From NCBI GenBank assembly GCA_903933715.1, contig CAIZLD010000029.1, positions 16,696 through 80,695 of the forward strand: a stretch of 64,000 bases of DNA, written 5' to 3'. The notes under the pieces are model-generated. The model saw only the letters and a program-made list of their open reading frames with translations, searched no databases and had not been told where the DNA came from. How positions within the stretch are numbered: the stretch's first letter is position 1; the number at the start of each line of letters is the position of its first letter. Positions 48,903 to 58,288 of this stretch are shown here, piece after piece. The translations under genes were made by a program, and so were the position numbers. Source of the stretch: an uncultured Spartobacteria bacterium (GTDB lineage Bacteria > Verrucomicrobiota > Verrucomicrobiia > Chthoniobacterales > Chthoniobacteraceae).

Positions 48903-50624
48903 GTGCTTTTACTAGCACCCCACAACGTGAGCTTATTTCGCTTTTTCCGCCCCGCTTTAATCGATGCCCTTCCTAATTACCGGCGCGCCATGTTCCTGCC
49001 CGACGTGATCGCCGGGATTACCGTCGGCATCATCGCCCTGCCATTGGCCATCGGGTTTGGCATCGCTTCCGGCGTCTCTCCCAGCCAGGGGCTTTGGACC
49101 GCCATTATCGCCGGATTCCTTATTTCTGCCTTGGGCGGGAGCTTTGTCCAAGTCGGCGGCCCCACCGGCGCATTCGTCCCCATTCTCTTTACCATTGCCG
49201 CCACCTATGGATATGAAGGGCTGGCTTTGGCGACGATGATGGCCGGGGTGTTCCTCTTCGCCATCGGCGCGTTGCGGCTCGGCGGACTCATCAAATTCAT
49301 CCCCTATTCCGTCGTTGCGGGGTTCACCAGCGGCATTGCCGTCGTGATAGCCATCGGCCAGCTCAAGCAACTCCTCGGCCTTGATGTCAAACTGCCCGCC
49401 GAAGCTCTGGCCCAATTCTGGGGCATTGTGACCCACCTTCCCGGCCTTAAATGGCAGAGCCTCGCGTTGGGGTTGCTCGCGCTGGGGATTATCCTTGGCT
49501 GGCCCAAACGCTGGCGCGCCGTGCCGCCCTCCATTGTCGCCATTCTGGTTACGGCGGTGATTGTCTATTTCTGGAACCCCGATCCGCAAACCGTTGCCAC
49601 GATCGGCTCCAAATTCGGCGCGAAGGCAATGGAAGGGCTGCCTCAATTCCAGCTTCCCCACTTCAGCTTCCAGCGAATCCAGCAACTCATGGGACCGGCA
49701 TTGACGATCACGATGCTCGGAGCCATCGAATCGCTGCTTTCGGCAATGGTCGCCGATGGGATGATCGAGACCCGGCACGACTCCAACCAGGAATTGATGG
49801 GTCAGGGCATCGCCAACTTCATCTGTCCATTTTTCGGCGGCATCTCCGCGACCGGGGCCATCGCCCGCACCGCCACCAACGTCCGAAGCGGGGGCCGCAC
49901 TCCCATTTCGGGGATCATCCACGCCATCACCCTTTTGATCGTCGTATTGGCCGCCGCGCCGTTGGCCCAATATCTCCCGCTGGCCGCTCTCTCCGCCGTA
50001 TTGTTAGTCGTCGCCTATCGCATGGGTGAATGGGCCAATTTCAAGGAACTCGCACGCGGTCCCAAGAGCGATTACCTGGTGCTGCTCGTCACGTTCGGCA
50101 TGACCGTCGCTTTTGATTTGAGCATCGCCGTTGGCTTTGGCCTCGCGCTCGCGTTCATCCTCTTTGTGCGGCAAATGGAAGAGATCACGCACGTCCGCAT
50201 CATCACCGAAGACAGCGATGTGGGGTTGGGCGGCGACTCGATCCGGGATAAATCGGTGCCCGAAGGAGTCATTGTTTACCGCATCGAAGGGCCGTTCTTC
50301 TTCGGCGTGGCCGAGAAGCTCGAAGACGCCCTGGACAGCGCCGAGATCAAGCCTCGCATCGTGATCTTCCGGATGCGCGCGGTCCCGGCCATCGACGGTT
50401 CCGGCCTGCGGGCATTGGAGATTATGCGGCACAAATTCAGCCGCCGGGGAACGCGACTCATTTTAAGCGGCGTGCAACCGCAACCGATGAAGGTGCTCTT
50501 TAATTCAGGGTTCGTGGACAAAATCGGCCTGGACAACGTCTGCCCTGACATCGACGCCTCGCTGGAACGGGCTTGGGAACTCGTGGGGGAAACACCTAAA
50601 CCGGTGGAAGCAGCGGCTTCGTAG
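48903..50624 (+). CDS. SulP-family anion permease with a C-terminal STAS domain
   Basis: DVIAGITVGIIALPLAIGFGIASGV, GGPTGAFVPI, ELMGQGIANFICPFFGGISATGAIARTATNVRSGGRT, and STAS (IVYRIEGPFFFGVAEKL ... AIDGSGLRALE). GTG start; the exact start is uncertain. Confidence 0.9.
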   Translation: MLLLAPHNVSLFRFFRPALIDALPNYRRAMFLPDVIAGITVGIIALPLAIGFGIASGVSPSQGLWTAIIAGFLISALGGSFVQVGGPTGAFVPILFTIAATYGYEGLALATMMAGVFLFAIGALRLGGLIKFIPYSVVAGFTSGIAVVIAIGQLKQLLGLDVKLPAEALAQFWGIVTHLPGLKWQSLALGLLALGIILGWPKRWRAVPPSIVAILVTAVIVYFWNPDPQTVATIGSKFGAKAMEGLPQFQLPHFSFQRIQQLMGPALTITMLGAIESLLSAMVADGMIETRHDSNQELMGQGIANFICPFFGGISATGAIARTATNVRSGGRTPISGIIHAITLLIVVLAAAPLAQYLPLAALSAVLLVVAYRMGEWANFKELARGPKSDYLVLLVTFGMTVAFDLSIAVGFGLALAFILFVRQMEEITHVRIITEDSDVGLGGDSIRDKSVPEGVIVYRIEGPFFFGVAEKLEDALDSAEIKPRIVIFRMRAVPAIDGSGLRALEIMRHKFSRRGTRLILSGVQPQPMKVLFNSGFVDKIGLDNVCPDIDASLERAWELVGETPKPVEAAAS

Positions 50625-50637
50625 GAAGCCCGAAAAG

Positions 50638-50671
50638 TCTCTCGCGAAGCTGCAAAGCCGCAAAGAAAAAG
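50638..50671. repeat. Single degenerate GCAAAG-family unit
   Basis: TCTCTCGCGAAGCTGCAAAGCCGCAAAGAAAAAG, directly after the SulP stop. Confidence 0.6.
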
Positions 50672-50711
50672 ACGTGTCTTTAGCAGGGGCACGGGTACGC
50701 TCGGGAGCAGA

Positions 50712-51215
50712 ATGAAAATCAGGGCTTCCGTTCTCATCTGGGCCATCTCATTGGCCCTCTTCATCGGATCGGTATTCTTATTGGGTGCTTCATTGCCGGA
50801 GAGGGTCGCGACCCATTTTGGCGCATCCGGTCATCCGAACGGCTGGATGATCCGTTCCAGCTATCTTCTATTTTCCATCCTCTTCGGTATTGGCTTTTCC
50901 AGTTTTGTTACCGGGATATCCTATCTTGCGCGCTTCCTCCCGCCTTCCACGCTTAATGTGCCGCATTCACAATACTGGCGTTCTCCCGAGCATTTCGGGG
51001 AAGCCTGCGATTTCCTTTTCCTGCATGCCTTCTGGTTTGGGACTCTCGTCTCGGTTTGGCTGACGGCATTGCATTATTTGATCGTGCAGGCCAACCGCAC
51101 GGTTCCCGTTGTATTGAATTCTGCCCGGATGGGCGCATTGACTGTAGTCTTTTTGGCAGGAACCGCTGTTTGGGCAGCAGTTCTAATTCGGCATTTTGCC
51201 CATCCTTCAAAATAG
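50712..51215 (+). CDS. DUF1648-like membrane protein
   Basis: N-terminal TM helix followed by LPERVATHFGASGHPNGWM (the DUF1648 pattern P..ip.Hf...G.pdgw), then three more TM helices. Confidence 0.55.
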   Translation: MKIRASVLIWAISLALFIGSVFLLGASLPERVATHFGASGHPNGWMIRSSYLLFSILFGIGFSSFVTGISYLARFLPPSTLNVPHSQYWRSPEHFGEACDFLFLHAFWFGTLVSVWLTALHYLIVQANRTVPVVLNSARMGALTVVFLAGTAVWAAVLIRHFAHPSK

Positions 51216-51217
51216 AT

Positions 51218-54200
51218 CTATTCCAACAACCCCCGAATCTCCTCCATCGTGAGCCCTTCCATCAGCGGCTCTTCGTTTTCGATGGTGGCGTCGATCATCT
51301 CGCGTTTCTTGCGTTGCAAATGGAGGATTTTCTCTTCCACCGTGCCTCGCGCAATCAGCTTGTAGGCGGTGACGACGTTTTGCTGGCCGATCCGGTGGGC
51401 GCGGTCGGTCGCTTGCGCTTCCACGGCCGGGTTCCACCACGGGTCGAAGTGGATCACCGTGTCCGCCGCCGTGAGGTTTAAGCCGACGCCGCCGGCTTTG
51501 AGGCTGATCAGGAAAACCGGAATGTCGCCGTTCTGGAACCGGTCTACTTCCTCCATCCGATCTTTCGTCTGACCGTCGAGGTAACAGTAGGCGATCCCCT
51601 GCTCTTCCAGCTCGCGCCGGAGGATCGAGAGCATCGAGACAAATTGACTAAAGACCAAGACACGGTGGCCGCCATCGACGGCTTCTTGCAATAGCTCGTT
51701 GAAAAGCTCCACCTTGCCGGATTCGGCTTGGCCTTCTTTGTCCAGTAACCGCAGATCGCACGCGGCTTGGCGCAGCCGTAATAGTGCGGTCAGCATGAGC
51801 ATTTGGGCGCGGCCTGCGTTCTTTTCTCCCGATGTTTCGTCGATTTGGGCGCGGGCTCCCTGCAATAGCGCGGCGTAGACTTCCTTTTGTGCCTGGGTCA
51901 GTTCGCAATAAGCGACGTTCTCCAGTTTTTGCGGCAGATCGGTGGCCACTTCTTGTTTGCGGCGGCGCAACAGGAACGGCCGAAGCCGCTTGGCGAGCCG
52001 CGACATCGTTTCTTTATCACCTTGCCGCGCAATCGGGATTTCGTAACGCTCGCGGAAGTCGTCCCGATCGCCCAAATAACCGGGCATCACAAAATTCATC
52101 AGCGACCAGACGTCGCGCACGGAGTTTTCCACCGGCGTGCCGGTGAGGATGAACTTGCGGGCGGCTCGCAACATCCCCGCCGCCTGCGCGTTTTGGGTAT
52201 CCGGGTTTTTGATGTGCTGGGCTTCGTCGAGAATGACGTTGGCGAACTCGAAGGCGCGGTAGCGCGTGGCGTCGCGACGCAAGAGCGGATAGCTGGTGAT
52301 GACGAGGTCGGCTTTCGGGATTTCCGCAAAATGGCGGGCGCGCTGCGCTCCCTCAATCACGACGACCTTGCGTTCCGGCGTGAATTTCTCCACTTCCCGC
52401 TGCCAGTTGAAGATCAGCGAAGAGGGGCAGACAATCAGCGATGGGCCGGGCTGGGTCCGCAAATAGGCGAGCGCTTGCAACGTTTTGCCCAAACCCATGT
52501 CGTCGGCGAGAATGCCGCCCAGCCCGTTGGAACTGAGGAAACTGAGCCACGACGCCCCGTATTTTTGATAACTGCGAAGCACGCCATCCAGGTCGCCCAA
52601 CTCCAGCGGCGTGATCTCCGCCTTGCCTTGCTGGCTTTGCGCCCATTGCCGCCACGACGCCCCGGCATTGACCGCAAACCCGGCTCCGGCAGCGGCCGCT
52701 TCGAGATAACCGGCATGCGCTTTATGGATTCGGTAGCTCCCCGGCTGCTGTTGTTGCGGGTTGCAGTCGCGCAGCACGCTTTGGAAATCGTCGAGCAGAC
52801 CGGAGTTAAAGACGGCGACTTTGCCGCTCTTGAGCCGGAGGTGGTTCTGGCCAAGTTGCAGGAGGCGCTGCACTTCGGAGGCGGAGAACCGTTCGCCGCT
52901 GCCGGTGGAGAGATCAAATTGCAAGTCGAACCATTGTTCGCCGGAACGGAGAATCTCGACGCGCGGGGTGATGCGCTCGATCTCCGCGCTGACATTCGTG
53001 AACCGCGGACCGAGGGTTACGTCCCATTGCTCCGCGAGCGCCGGGTAGCCTTCGCCAAAAAACGATAAAATGGCCCGCTCCCCCCGGAGCACGAAATGCC
53101 CGGTGGCATCCGGCCCGGTGAATCCAAAACGGGTCAGCTCGCCCAACGCCAGCCGTTCGGTTTCGAGATTGCGGCAGAGTATGCGCGCCGGGTTGGACGG
53201 GTCAGGGAGCGCCCAGTTTTCCGAGGGACTCGTCACGCCGAGGGTGACAATGCGCTTGGAGTAAATCCGCTGGAGCCGGGCGGTGAGATGGTTTAAGGAG
53301 CCTTCGAGGGTCAGCGAGAAGGTTCCCGCTTCAGGAACCATTTGTGGCGCTTGGCCCGGTGCTGCAGCGTTGCCGGTGATCTCAAAAAAGGCGCGCAACA
53401 TCGGAAGCTCCGTGGCCAGAAACGGCGCGGCCTGCTCGGGCGGCAGCATGATGTCCCGGCTTAAAAGGTCGGCATACGCCGGGGGCAGACCGGGCGCGAC
53501 CGGGGTGAAAACAGCCCCCTTTACGCACCAGGCGTTCCCCTGCCCTGCCCGCAAAAGCCGCGTGTCGGCCTCCCATTGGACGTGGAGCGTGACCCGCCCC
53601 TGCGCGTCCGATTTCACCTCCAGCCGGGGCTTCATTGCCTTGGCCGAAACATGCACCGCCGTGCCGCGTCCAAACCCTAGCCGCGGATGCCCCCGCAACC
53701 CTTCCAATAAAAGCAACGCCTGTTCGCGGGATAAAGAGAGCATCCCGGCGGCAGGCCCGGGGTTGAGCTTGCGAAGCGTTTCGATGAGCCGCAAATCGGC
53801 TTCCGAGCAGCGGTAAGTGCGTTGCGGGTCCAAGGCGTTGAAGAGAACCCGGCGGCCGTCCCGTTCCGCCTCCACCCCGACGGTCAGGTTGCCCCGTTCC
53901 CAAGCGGCCATAAACTGCGGCGGGAGCACGACATTCAAACTGACAAAATCCGGTCCCCGGCTCCCTGAATCGTCCACGGTAAAATGCGGCCCCAGGACTG
54001 GAGTTGGAGAAACCGCCGGAGCCGGACGGCGGCTGGCCATGTCCGAACCGGGGGCGCTCTTATGGGCAAGCACGGCGAACCCCAACGCCAGCGAATGAGC
54101 GCAAATCGTCCCCCATTGACGCGACTCCCGGCACGAACAGAGGTTTTCGATATCGCTTTTTGAGGAGACCTTGAGCCCGGCGCGCAATTCCAGATCCCCC

Positions 54201-54343
54201 TCCCGCACGATCCCATTGAGCACGGGGGGATGGTAGGCGGCGCTCACGACCCGCCCCGATTGCACGAGGGCGCGGGCCAGCTTCACAGCCTGCCAGCCTC
54301 CGGCATCCATGAGGAGTTTTTCGGTAAGCGGGACGGGTGTCAT
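51218..54343 (-). CDS. SNF2-family helicase/ATPase with an N-terminal SWIM zinc finger
   Basis: SWIM CSCRESRQWGTICAHSLALG. SNF2_N motifs (GGILADDMGLGKT, DEAQHIKN, LTGTPVEN). Helicase C (LVFSQF ... GGVGLNLTAADTVIHFDPWWNPAVEAQATDRAHRIGQ). Confidence 0.9.
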   Translation of the reverse strand: MTPVPLTEKLLMDAGGWQAVKLARALVQSGRVVSAAYHPPVLNGIVREGDLELRAGLKVSSKSDIENLCSCRESRQWGTICAHSLALGFAVLAHKSAPGSDMASRRPAPAVSPTPVLGPHFTVDDSGSRGPDFVSLNVVLPPQFMAAWERGNLTVGVEAERDGRRVLFNALDPQRTYRCSEADLRLIETLRKLNPGPAAGMLSLSREQALLLLEGLRGHPRLGFGRGTAVHVSAKAMKPRLEVKSDAQGRVTLHVQWEADTRLLRAGQGNAWCVKGAVFTPVAPGLPPAYADLLSRDIMLPPEQAAPFLATELPMLRAFFEITGNAAAPGQAPQMVPEAGTFSLTLEGSLNHLTARLQRIYSKRIVTLGVTSPSENWALPDPSNPARILCRNLETERLALGELTRFGFTGPDATGHFVLRGERAILSFFGEGYPALAEQWDVTLGPRFTNVSAEIERITPRVEILRSGEQWFDLQFDLSTGSGERFSASEVQRLLQLGQNHLRLKSGKVAVFNSGLLDDFQSVLRDCNPQQQQPGSYRIHKAHAGYLEAAAAGAGFAVNAGASWRQWAQSQQGKAEITPLELGDLDGVLRSYQKYGASWLSFLSSNGLGGILADDMGLGKTLQALAYLRTQPGPSLIVCPSSLIFNWQREVEKFTPERKVVVIEGAQRARHFAEIPKADLVITSYPLLRRDATRYRAFEFANVILDEAQHIKNPDTQNAQAAGMLRAARKFILTGTPVENSVRDVWSLMNFVMPGYLGDRDDFRERYEIPIARQGDKETMSRLAKRLRPFLLRRRKQEVATDLPQKLENVAYCELTQAQKEVYAALLQGARAQIDETSGEKNAGRAQMLMLTALLRLRQAACDLRLLDKEGQAESGKVELFNELLQEAVDGGHRVLVFSQFVSMLSILRRELEEQGIAYCYLDGQTKDRMEEVDRFQNGDIPVFLISLKAGGVGLNLTAADTVIHFDPWWNPAVEAQATDRAHRIGQQNVVTAYKLIARGTVEEKILHLQRKKREMIDATIENEEPLMEGLTMEEIRGLLE

Positions 54344-54411
54344 GGGAAAGCAAAGGGCTGCGCGTGCCAGAGATTACTCTAGCTCGGCAGCCCTCTTTTG
54401 CTGGGATTATT

Positions 54412-55353
54412 TTAGCCTTTCAAAGCCGCGACGGCGGTCTGGAGGCTCGGCACGTCGGAAATGGAGAGAACGTTGGTTCCCTTGCGGATGCGGCCAAAGA
54501 GCCCGGCCAAGACGCCGCCGGGGCCGAATTCGATGAAGAGATCGATTTTTTCGACATCCAGGAGGTATTCCATTGATTCGGTCCAGCGAACGCTACTGGT
54601 CACCTGCTCCCGGAGGGCATTGCGAATCTCGACCGGTTCGGAGACCGGCTTGGCATCGACGTTGCAGATCACTTTATATTGAGGCGTTTCGAAAGAGGTT
54701 TTCTCAAGCACCTCGCCCAAGCGGACATAGGCGGAGTTCATCAGGCGCGAGTGGTAGGCTCCGGCGACATTGAGCAGCGTGGCGCGGCGGATGCCGTGTT
54801 CCTTGGCCAGGGAAACGGCGAGTTCCACCTTGGCGCGTTCCCCGGAGATGACGATCTGGCCGGGAGCATTCAGGTTCGCAATATCCACATCGGTCTCGGC
54901 AGCCAGGTCGCGCACGATGTTCTCTTCCGCGCCGATCATCGCGGCCATCGTGCCTTCGGTGCTTTCGCAAGCTTCCTGCATGAATTGGGCGCGCTGCGAC
55001 ACGAGCGAGAGGCCGGTTTCAAAATCGAACGTCCCGGCGGCGGCGTGGGCGGTGAATTCCCCCAACGACAGCCCGGCGGTGGCGACCACGCCCGGCAGTT
55101 CGCCTCCCATTTCGTGCAAGAACGCTGCAAGGCAGGCGGCGCCGTGAACGTAAAGCGCGGGCTGACAATGGACGGTTTGGGTCAGTTCCTCTTGCGGTCC
55201 CTCGAACATCAACTGGCTCAGCGGGCGTTTCAAAAAGGTGTCGGCGCGTTGAAACAGGTTGGCAATCGCGGGGTATTGCTCGGCAAGGTCCTTGCCCATC
55301 CCGACGGTTTGCGCGCCCTGGCCTGAAAAGAGGAATGCGATACGTTGACTCAT
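54412..55353 (-). CDS. fabD: Malonyl-CoA:ACP transacylase
   Basis: Start trimmed to ATG 55353 (MSQRIAFLFSGQGAQTVGMG). Active-site GLSLGEF, and a length of 313 aa. Confidence 0.92.
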   Translation of the reverse strand: MSQRIAFLFSGQGAQTVGMGKDLAEQYPAIANLFQRADTFLKRPLSQLMFEGPQEELTQTVHCQPALYVHGAACLAAFLHEMGGELPGVVATAGLSLGEFTAHAAAGTFDFETGLSLVSQRAQFMQEACESTEGTMAAMIGAEENIVRDLAAETDVDIANLNAPGQIVISGERAKVELAVSLAKEHGIRRATLLNVAGAYHSRLMNSAYVRLGEVLEKTSFETPQYKVICNVDAKPVSEPVEIRNALREQVTSSVRWTESMEYLLDVEKIDLFIEFGPGGVLAGLFGRIRKGTNVLSISDVPSLQTAVAALKG

Positions 55354-55924
55354 ATTTGAATAATATTGGTTGGTTTCAATCCCGAGGCATGCCTGCGGGG
55401 CTAAGAGTGCTATCAGGAATCGGCCCGGATGCAAATTTGAATCTACGGGGTCGGGCCCCCCCAAATTTTGGATGATCCATGAAGCGGCTTGAGGATGAAT
55501 TAAGAAGCCAGGAACCCAGGAGAAGAGATTGAGGCCAAGGGGAATCGCGATGAGGGGGCGAGGAATTAAAAAAAGATGCCGCTCCTCAGGCTCTCCTGTT
55601 CGAGAGGCCGAAGGAAAGTTATTCACAACAATCTCCGTTGCCGTTAGCCCCCAGTGCGAGTCATGGAAATCCCGGCATTTCCCATTCATGCGCCCAAAAA
55701 TCGGCAATCCCTTACTGTTACGTAATCCACATAACAATGCGCATAGTTCACTGCAACCAAGTAACATGCGTAGTTATTATTTCTCACAGGAACTGACCGG
55801 CTTTGCACTGAATTCTGCCTTACGTTTTTGCCATAATAATGCGCCTAACATTCTATGTTTCAGTGAACTAGCGTTTTTTCACAACCCGTTTTTCTCCCAA
55901 AAGCGATGTGGGGGGATTTGAACG

Positions 55925-55964
55925 CAAAAAAAGCGGTGGAGCCGTCGCCGACTCCACCGCTTTT
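55925..55964 (-). terminator. Intrinsic terminator downstream of the nucleotidyltransferase gene (hairpin flanked by A-run/T-run, potentially bidirectional)
   Basis: AGCGGTGGAG (55932-55941) pairs with CTCCACCGCT (55952-55961). On the minus strand it is followed by TTTTTTT (complement of 55925-31). On the plus strand it is followed by TTTT. Confidence 0.85.
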
Positions 55965-55981
55965 AAGATAGTACGCTGGGC

Positions 55982-56743
55982 CTAAAGCCTGTTTTTGAGG
56001 ACGTCCGCGAAGATCACGTTGGCTTCGTCGAGGGTCTCTTTGCTCCCGATATCAAACCAAATCCCGGGAACCTCATAGGTATGGACCGGGATGCGGGTGT
56101 AGAGCCATTGGACGAACCGGCCGGGCTGGTCGGGGTTATTCCCCTCGGCAATGTATTCGGCGAACTTGGCGACTGTTTCCTTGGAATAGTAGTAAAGCGC
56201 GATCCCGGTCTGGGTGCTCTTTGGTTGGGCTGGCTTTTCTTCGAAGTGGGTGATGATCCCCTCCCCGTTCACCTCGATGCTGTTGTATTTCTTGATCGCC
56301 TCCAGGTCTTTGACGTCGTAGGTGGCCAGAACCGCCGCGCGCCCCTCGCAGAACTTGGCGAACTCCTCAAGCGACTCGCTAAAGAGATTGTCTCCGGCGA
56401 CCACGACGAGATCCGAGTTGACCAGGTTTTCGCGGTTGACGACCAGGTTGATGTCGCCAATCGCCCCGAGTTTGTCGGTGTCGTTCGTCGAGCCGTCGTT
56501 GACGATCTTGAACTTCATCTTGGGCTGCCGCTTGCCGTAATCGTCGGCCCAGGCTTGGAAATCGGCGGCAAACTTGTTGTTCGTGACGACGTAGACGTTC
56601 TCGATATTGGGAATGGGCGCAAGATTATCAAGAACCCAGTCAATCATCGGCTTCCCGGCAACCCCGAGCAGCGGCTTGGCCTTTGTAAGGGTGAGCGGGT
56701 AAAGGCGGGTGGCGTATCCGGCGGCAAGGATGAGAATGTTCAT
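55982..56743 (-). CDS. Sugar-1-phosphate nucleotidyltransferase (NTP_transferase family)
   Basis: MNILILAAGYATRLYPLTLTKAKPLLGVAGKPMIDW matches the G-x-G-T-R-L / K-P-L signature. The sugar and nucleotide specificity cannot be told from the sequence alone. Confidence 0.8.
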   Translation of the reverse strand: MNILILAAGYATRLYPLTLTKAKPLLGVAGKPMIDWVLDNLAPIPNIENVYVVTNNKFAADFQAWADDYGKRQPKMKFKIVNDGSTNDTDKLGAIGDINLVVNRENLVNSDLVVVAGDNLFSESLEEFAKFCEGRAAVLATYDVKDLEAIKKYNSIEVNGEGIITHFEEKPAQPKSTQTGIALYYYSKETVAKFAEYIAEGNNPDQPGRFVQWLYTRIPVHTYEVPGIWFDIGSKETLDEANVIFADVLKNRL

Positions 56744-56818
56744 GCAACTTTCAGTTCATGCCGGGTGGCGGCATTCCGCGCAAGCCAAAAAAAGCGGGGG
56801 CGGCTGGATTTGACGACC

Positions 56819-58288
56819 TTACGGTTTGGCCATCGCGGGAACGGGGTTCAAATCGGTATCGTAAACCGTCACTTGGCCCAGTTTTTCCAGTTGCGGGACG
56901 ATTTCCTTGGACTCCCCGACGACGATGATGACGAGGTTGCTCGGATCGATGTATTTTTGGGCCAGTTCCGCCGCTTTCTCCGGGGTGACTCCGGCAAGCT
57001 TCCGGGCGTAGGTCTTATAAAAGTCTTCGGGCAATCCATAGAGATCGATCTCCTGGAGGCGTTCGCCCATGCGCTGGTCGTTTTCGACGCTTAGGAGGAA
57101 ATTGCCGACGAGGTAGTTGCGCGAGAGTCCCAGTTCTTTTTCCGGGATGGGCTCGGTGCGGAGGCGCTGGAGTTCCTTCAGGATTTCCCCGACCGCCGCC
57201 CCCGTGACTTCATTGCGGACTTCGGCGGTGGCTGAAAACGCGCCGCCGAGCTTTTTCTGGGAAAACCCGGAGTAGGAGCCGTAGGTGAACCCGTGCTGCT
57301 CGCGCAGGTTGGCAAAAAGTCGGCCCGACATTCCGCCGCCCAGGACGGAATTGAGGACGTTCAGTTCCGGCACATCCGGGTTATTTTTGGCTACCCCGCG
57401 TCCGGCTACCAGCACGTTGCTCTGGACTGAGCCGGGCCGGTTGACCACATGGATTGAGACCCCTTTGATGGGCGGGAATACCTGGCTCGCATTACAGCAG
57501 GGCGGCACCGGCTTCTTTTCCAGCGCCCCGAAGGTCTCTTTAACTTGCGCCAGAACCTTGGCCGCATCGATATCCCCCACGACAACCAAGGTCGCGTTAT
57601 TCGGGACAAAATAGCAGTCATGGAATTGAACCAGATCGTCGCGGGTGATCGATTGCACCGATTCCGGGGTGGCGTAGGCTCCATACGGATGGGTGCCATA
57701 GAGCAATTTGTCACGGAGACGGGTTGCGAGCTCCTCCGGGTCCATTTTCTTTTGGACCAGATTGGAGACCGTTGTGGTCTTTTCCTTATCGACCTCCTCC
57801 TGCCGGTAAGCCGGGTGCAGGGCGGCGTCGCGCAGGAATCCGAGGATTTCGGAGCTGTATCGGCTCAAACCAGTTGCGGAAAGGACCAAAGCGTCATCGG
57901 ACGACCCGGCCTCCACGGTGATGCCTAGGAAATCGGTTTGCTTGGCAAACTCGGCAGCCGTTAAAGCTTCAGTCCCTTTGTTGAGCAGCTCCGCCGTCAA
58001 AGAGGCCAGGCCCGGTTTCGACCCATCATCAATGTCGCCCGATTTGAACAGCAAACGGTAAGTCACCATCGGCTGTTTGTAGACCGGCAATACGAAAACG
58101 CGCAGTCCGTTGGGGAGTGTTTCGGTGACGGCGTCCGGGAATTTCATCTCCGGGAGCGGTCCGGCGGGCGGAGCCTGGGTGCGGTCCACGGTATCGTTTG
58201 GCGTTGCAGACGGTTGGGAATTTTTCGCGGCGGGAGCGACCGAGGTCAGGGCCACGCCCAGTGCGAGAGCAAGAGAAAGCGTTTTCAT
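56819..58288 (-). CDS. M16-family peptidase, non-catalytic partner subunit (no HxxEH)
   Basis: Start trimmed to ATG 58288 (MKTLSLALALGVALTSVAPA signal peptide), with an ATGA overlap with the upstream M16 gene. At the position of HxxEH it has GLASLTAELLNKGT. Confidence 0.85.
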   Translation of the reverse strand: MKTLSLALALGVALTSVAPAAKNSQPSATPNDTVDRTQAPPAGPLPEMKFPDAVTETLPNGLRVFVLPVYKQPMVTYRLLFKSGDIDDGSKPGLASLTAELLNKGTEALTAAEFAKQTDFLGITVEAGSSDDALVLSATGLSRYSSEILGFLRDAALHPAYRQEEVDKEKTTTVSNLVQKKMDPEELATRLRDKLLYGTHPYGAYATPESVQSITRDDLVQFHDCYFVPNNATLVVVGDIDAAKVLAQVKETFGALEKKPVPPCCNASQVFPPIKGVSIHVVNRPGSVQSNVLVAGRGVAKNNPDVPELNVLNSVLGGGMSGRLFANLREQHGFTYGSYSGFSQKKLGGAFSATAEVRNEVTGAAVGEILKELQRLRTEPIPEKELGLSRNYLVGNFLLSVENDQRMGERLQEIDLYGLPEDFYKTYARKLAGVTPEKAAELAQKYIDPSNLVIIVVGESKEIVPQLEKLGQVTVYDTDLNPVPAMAKP

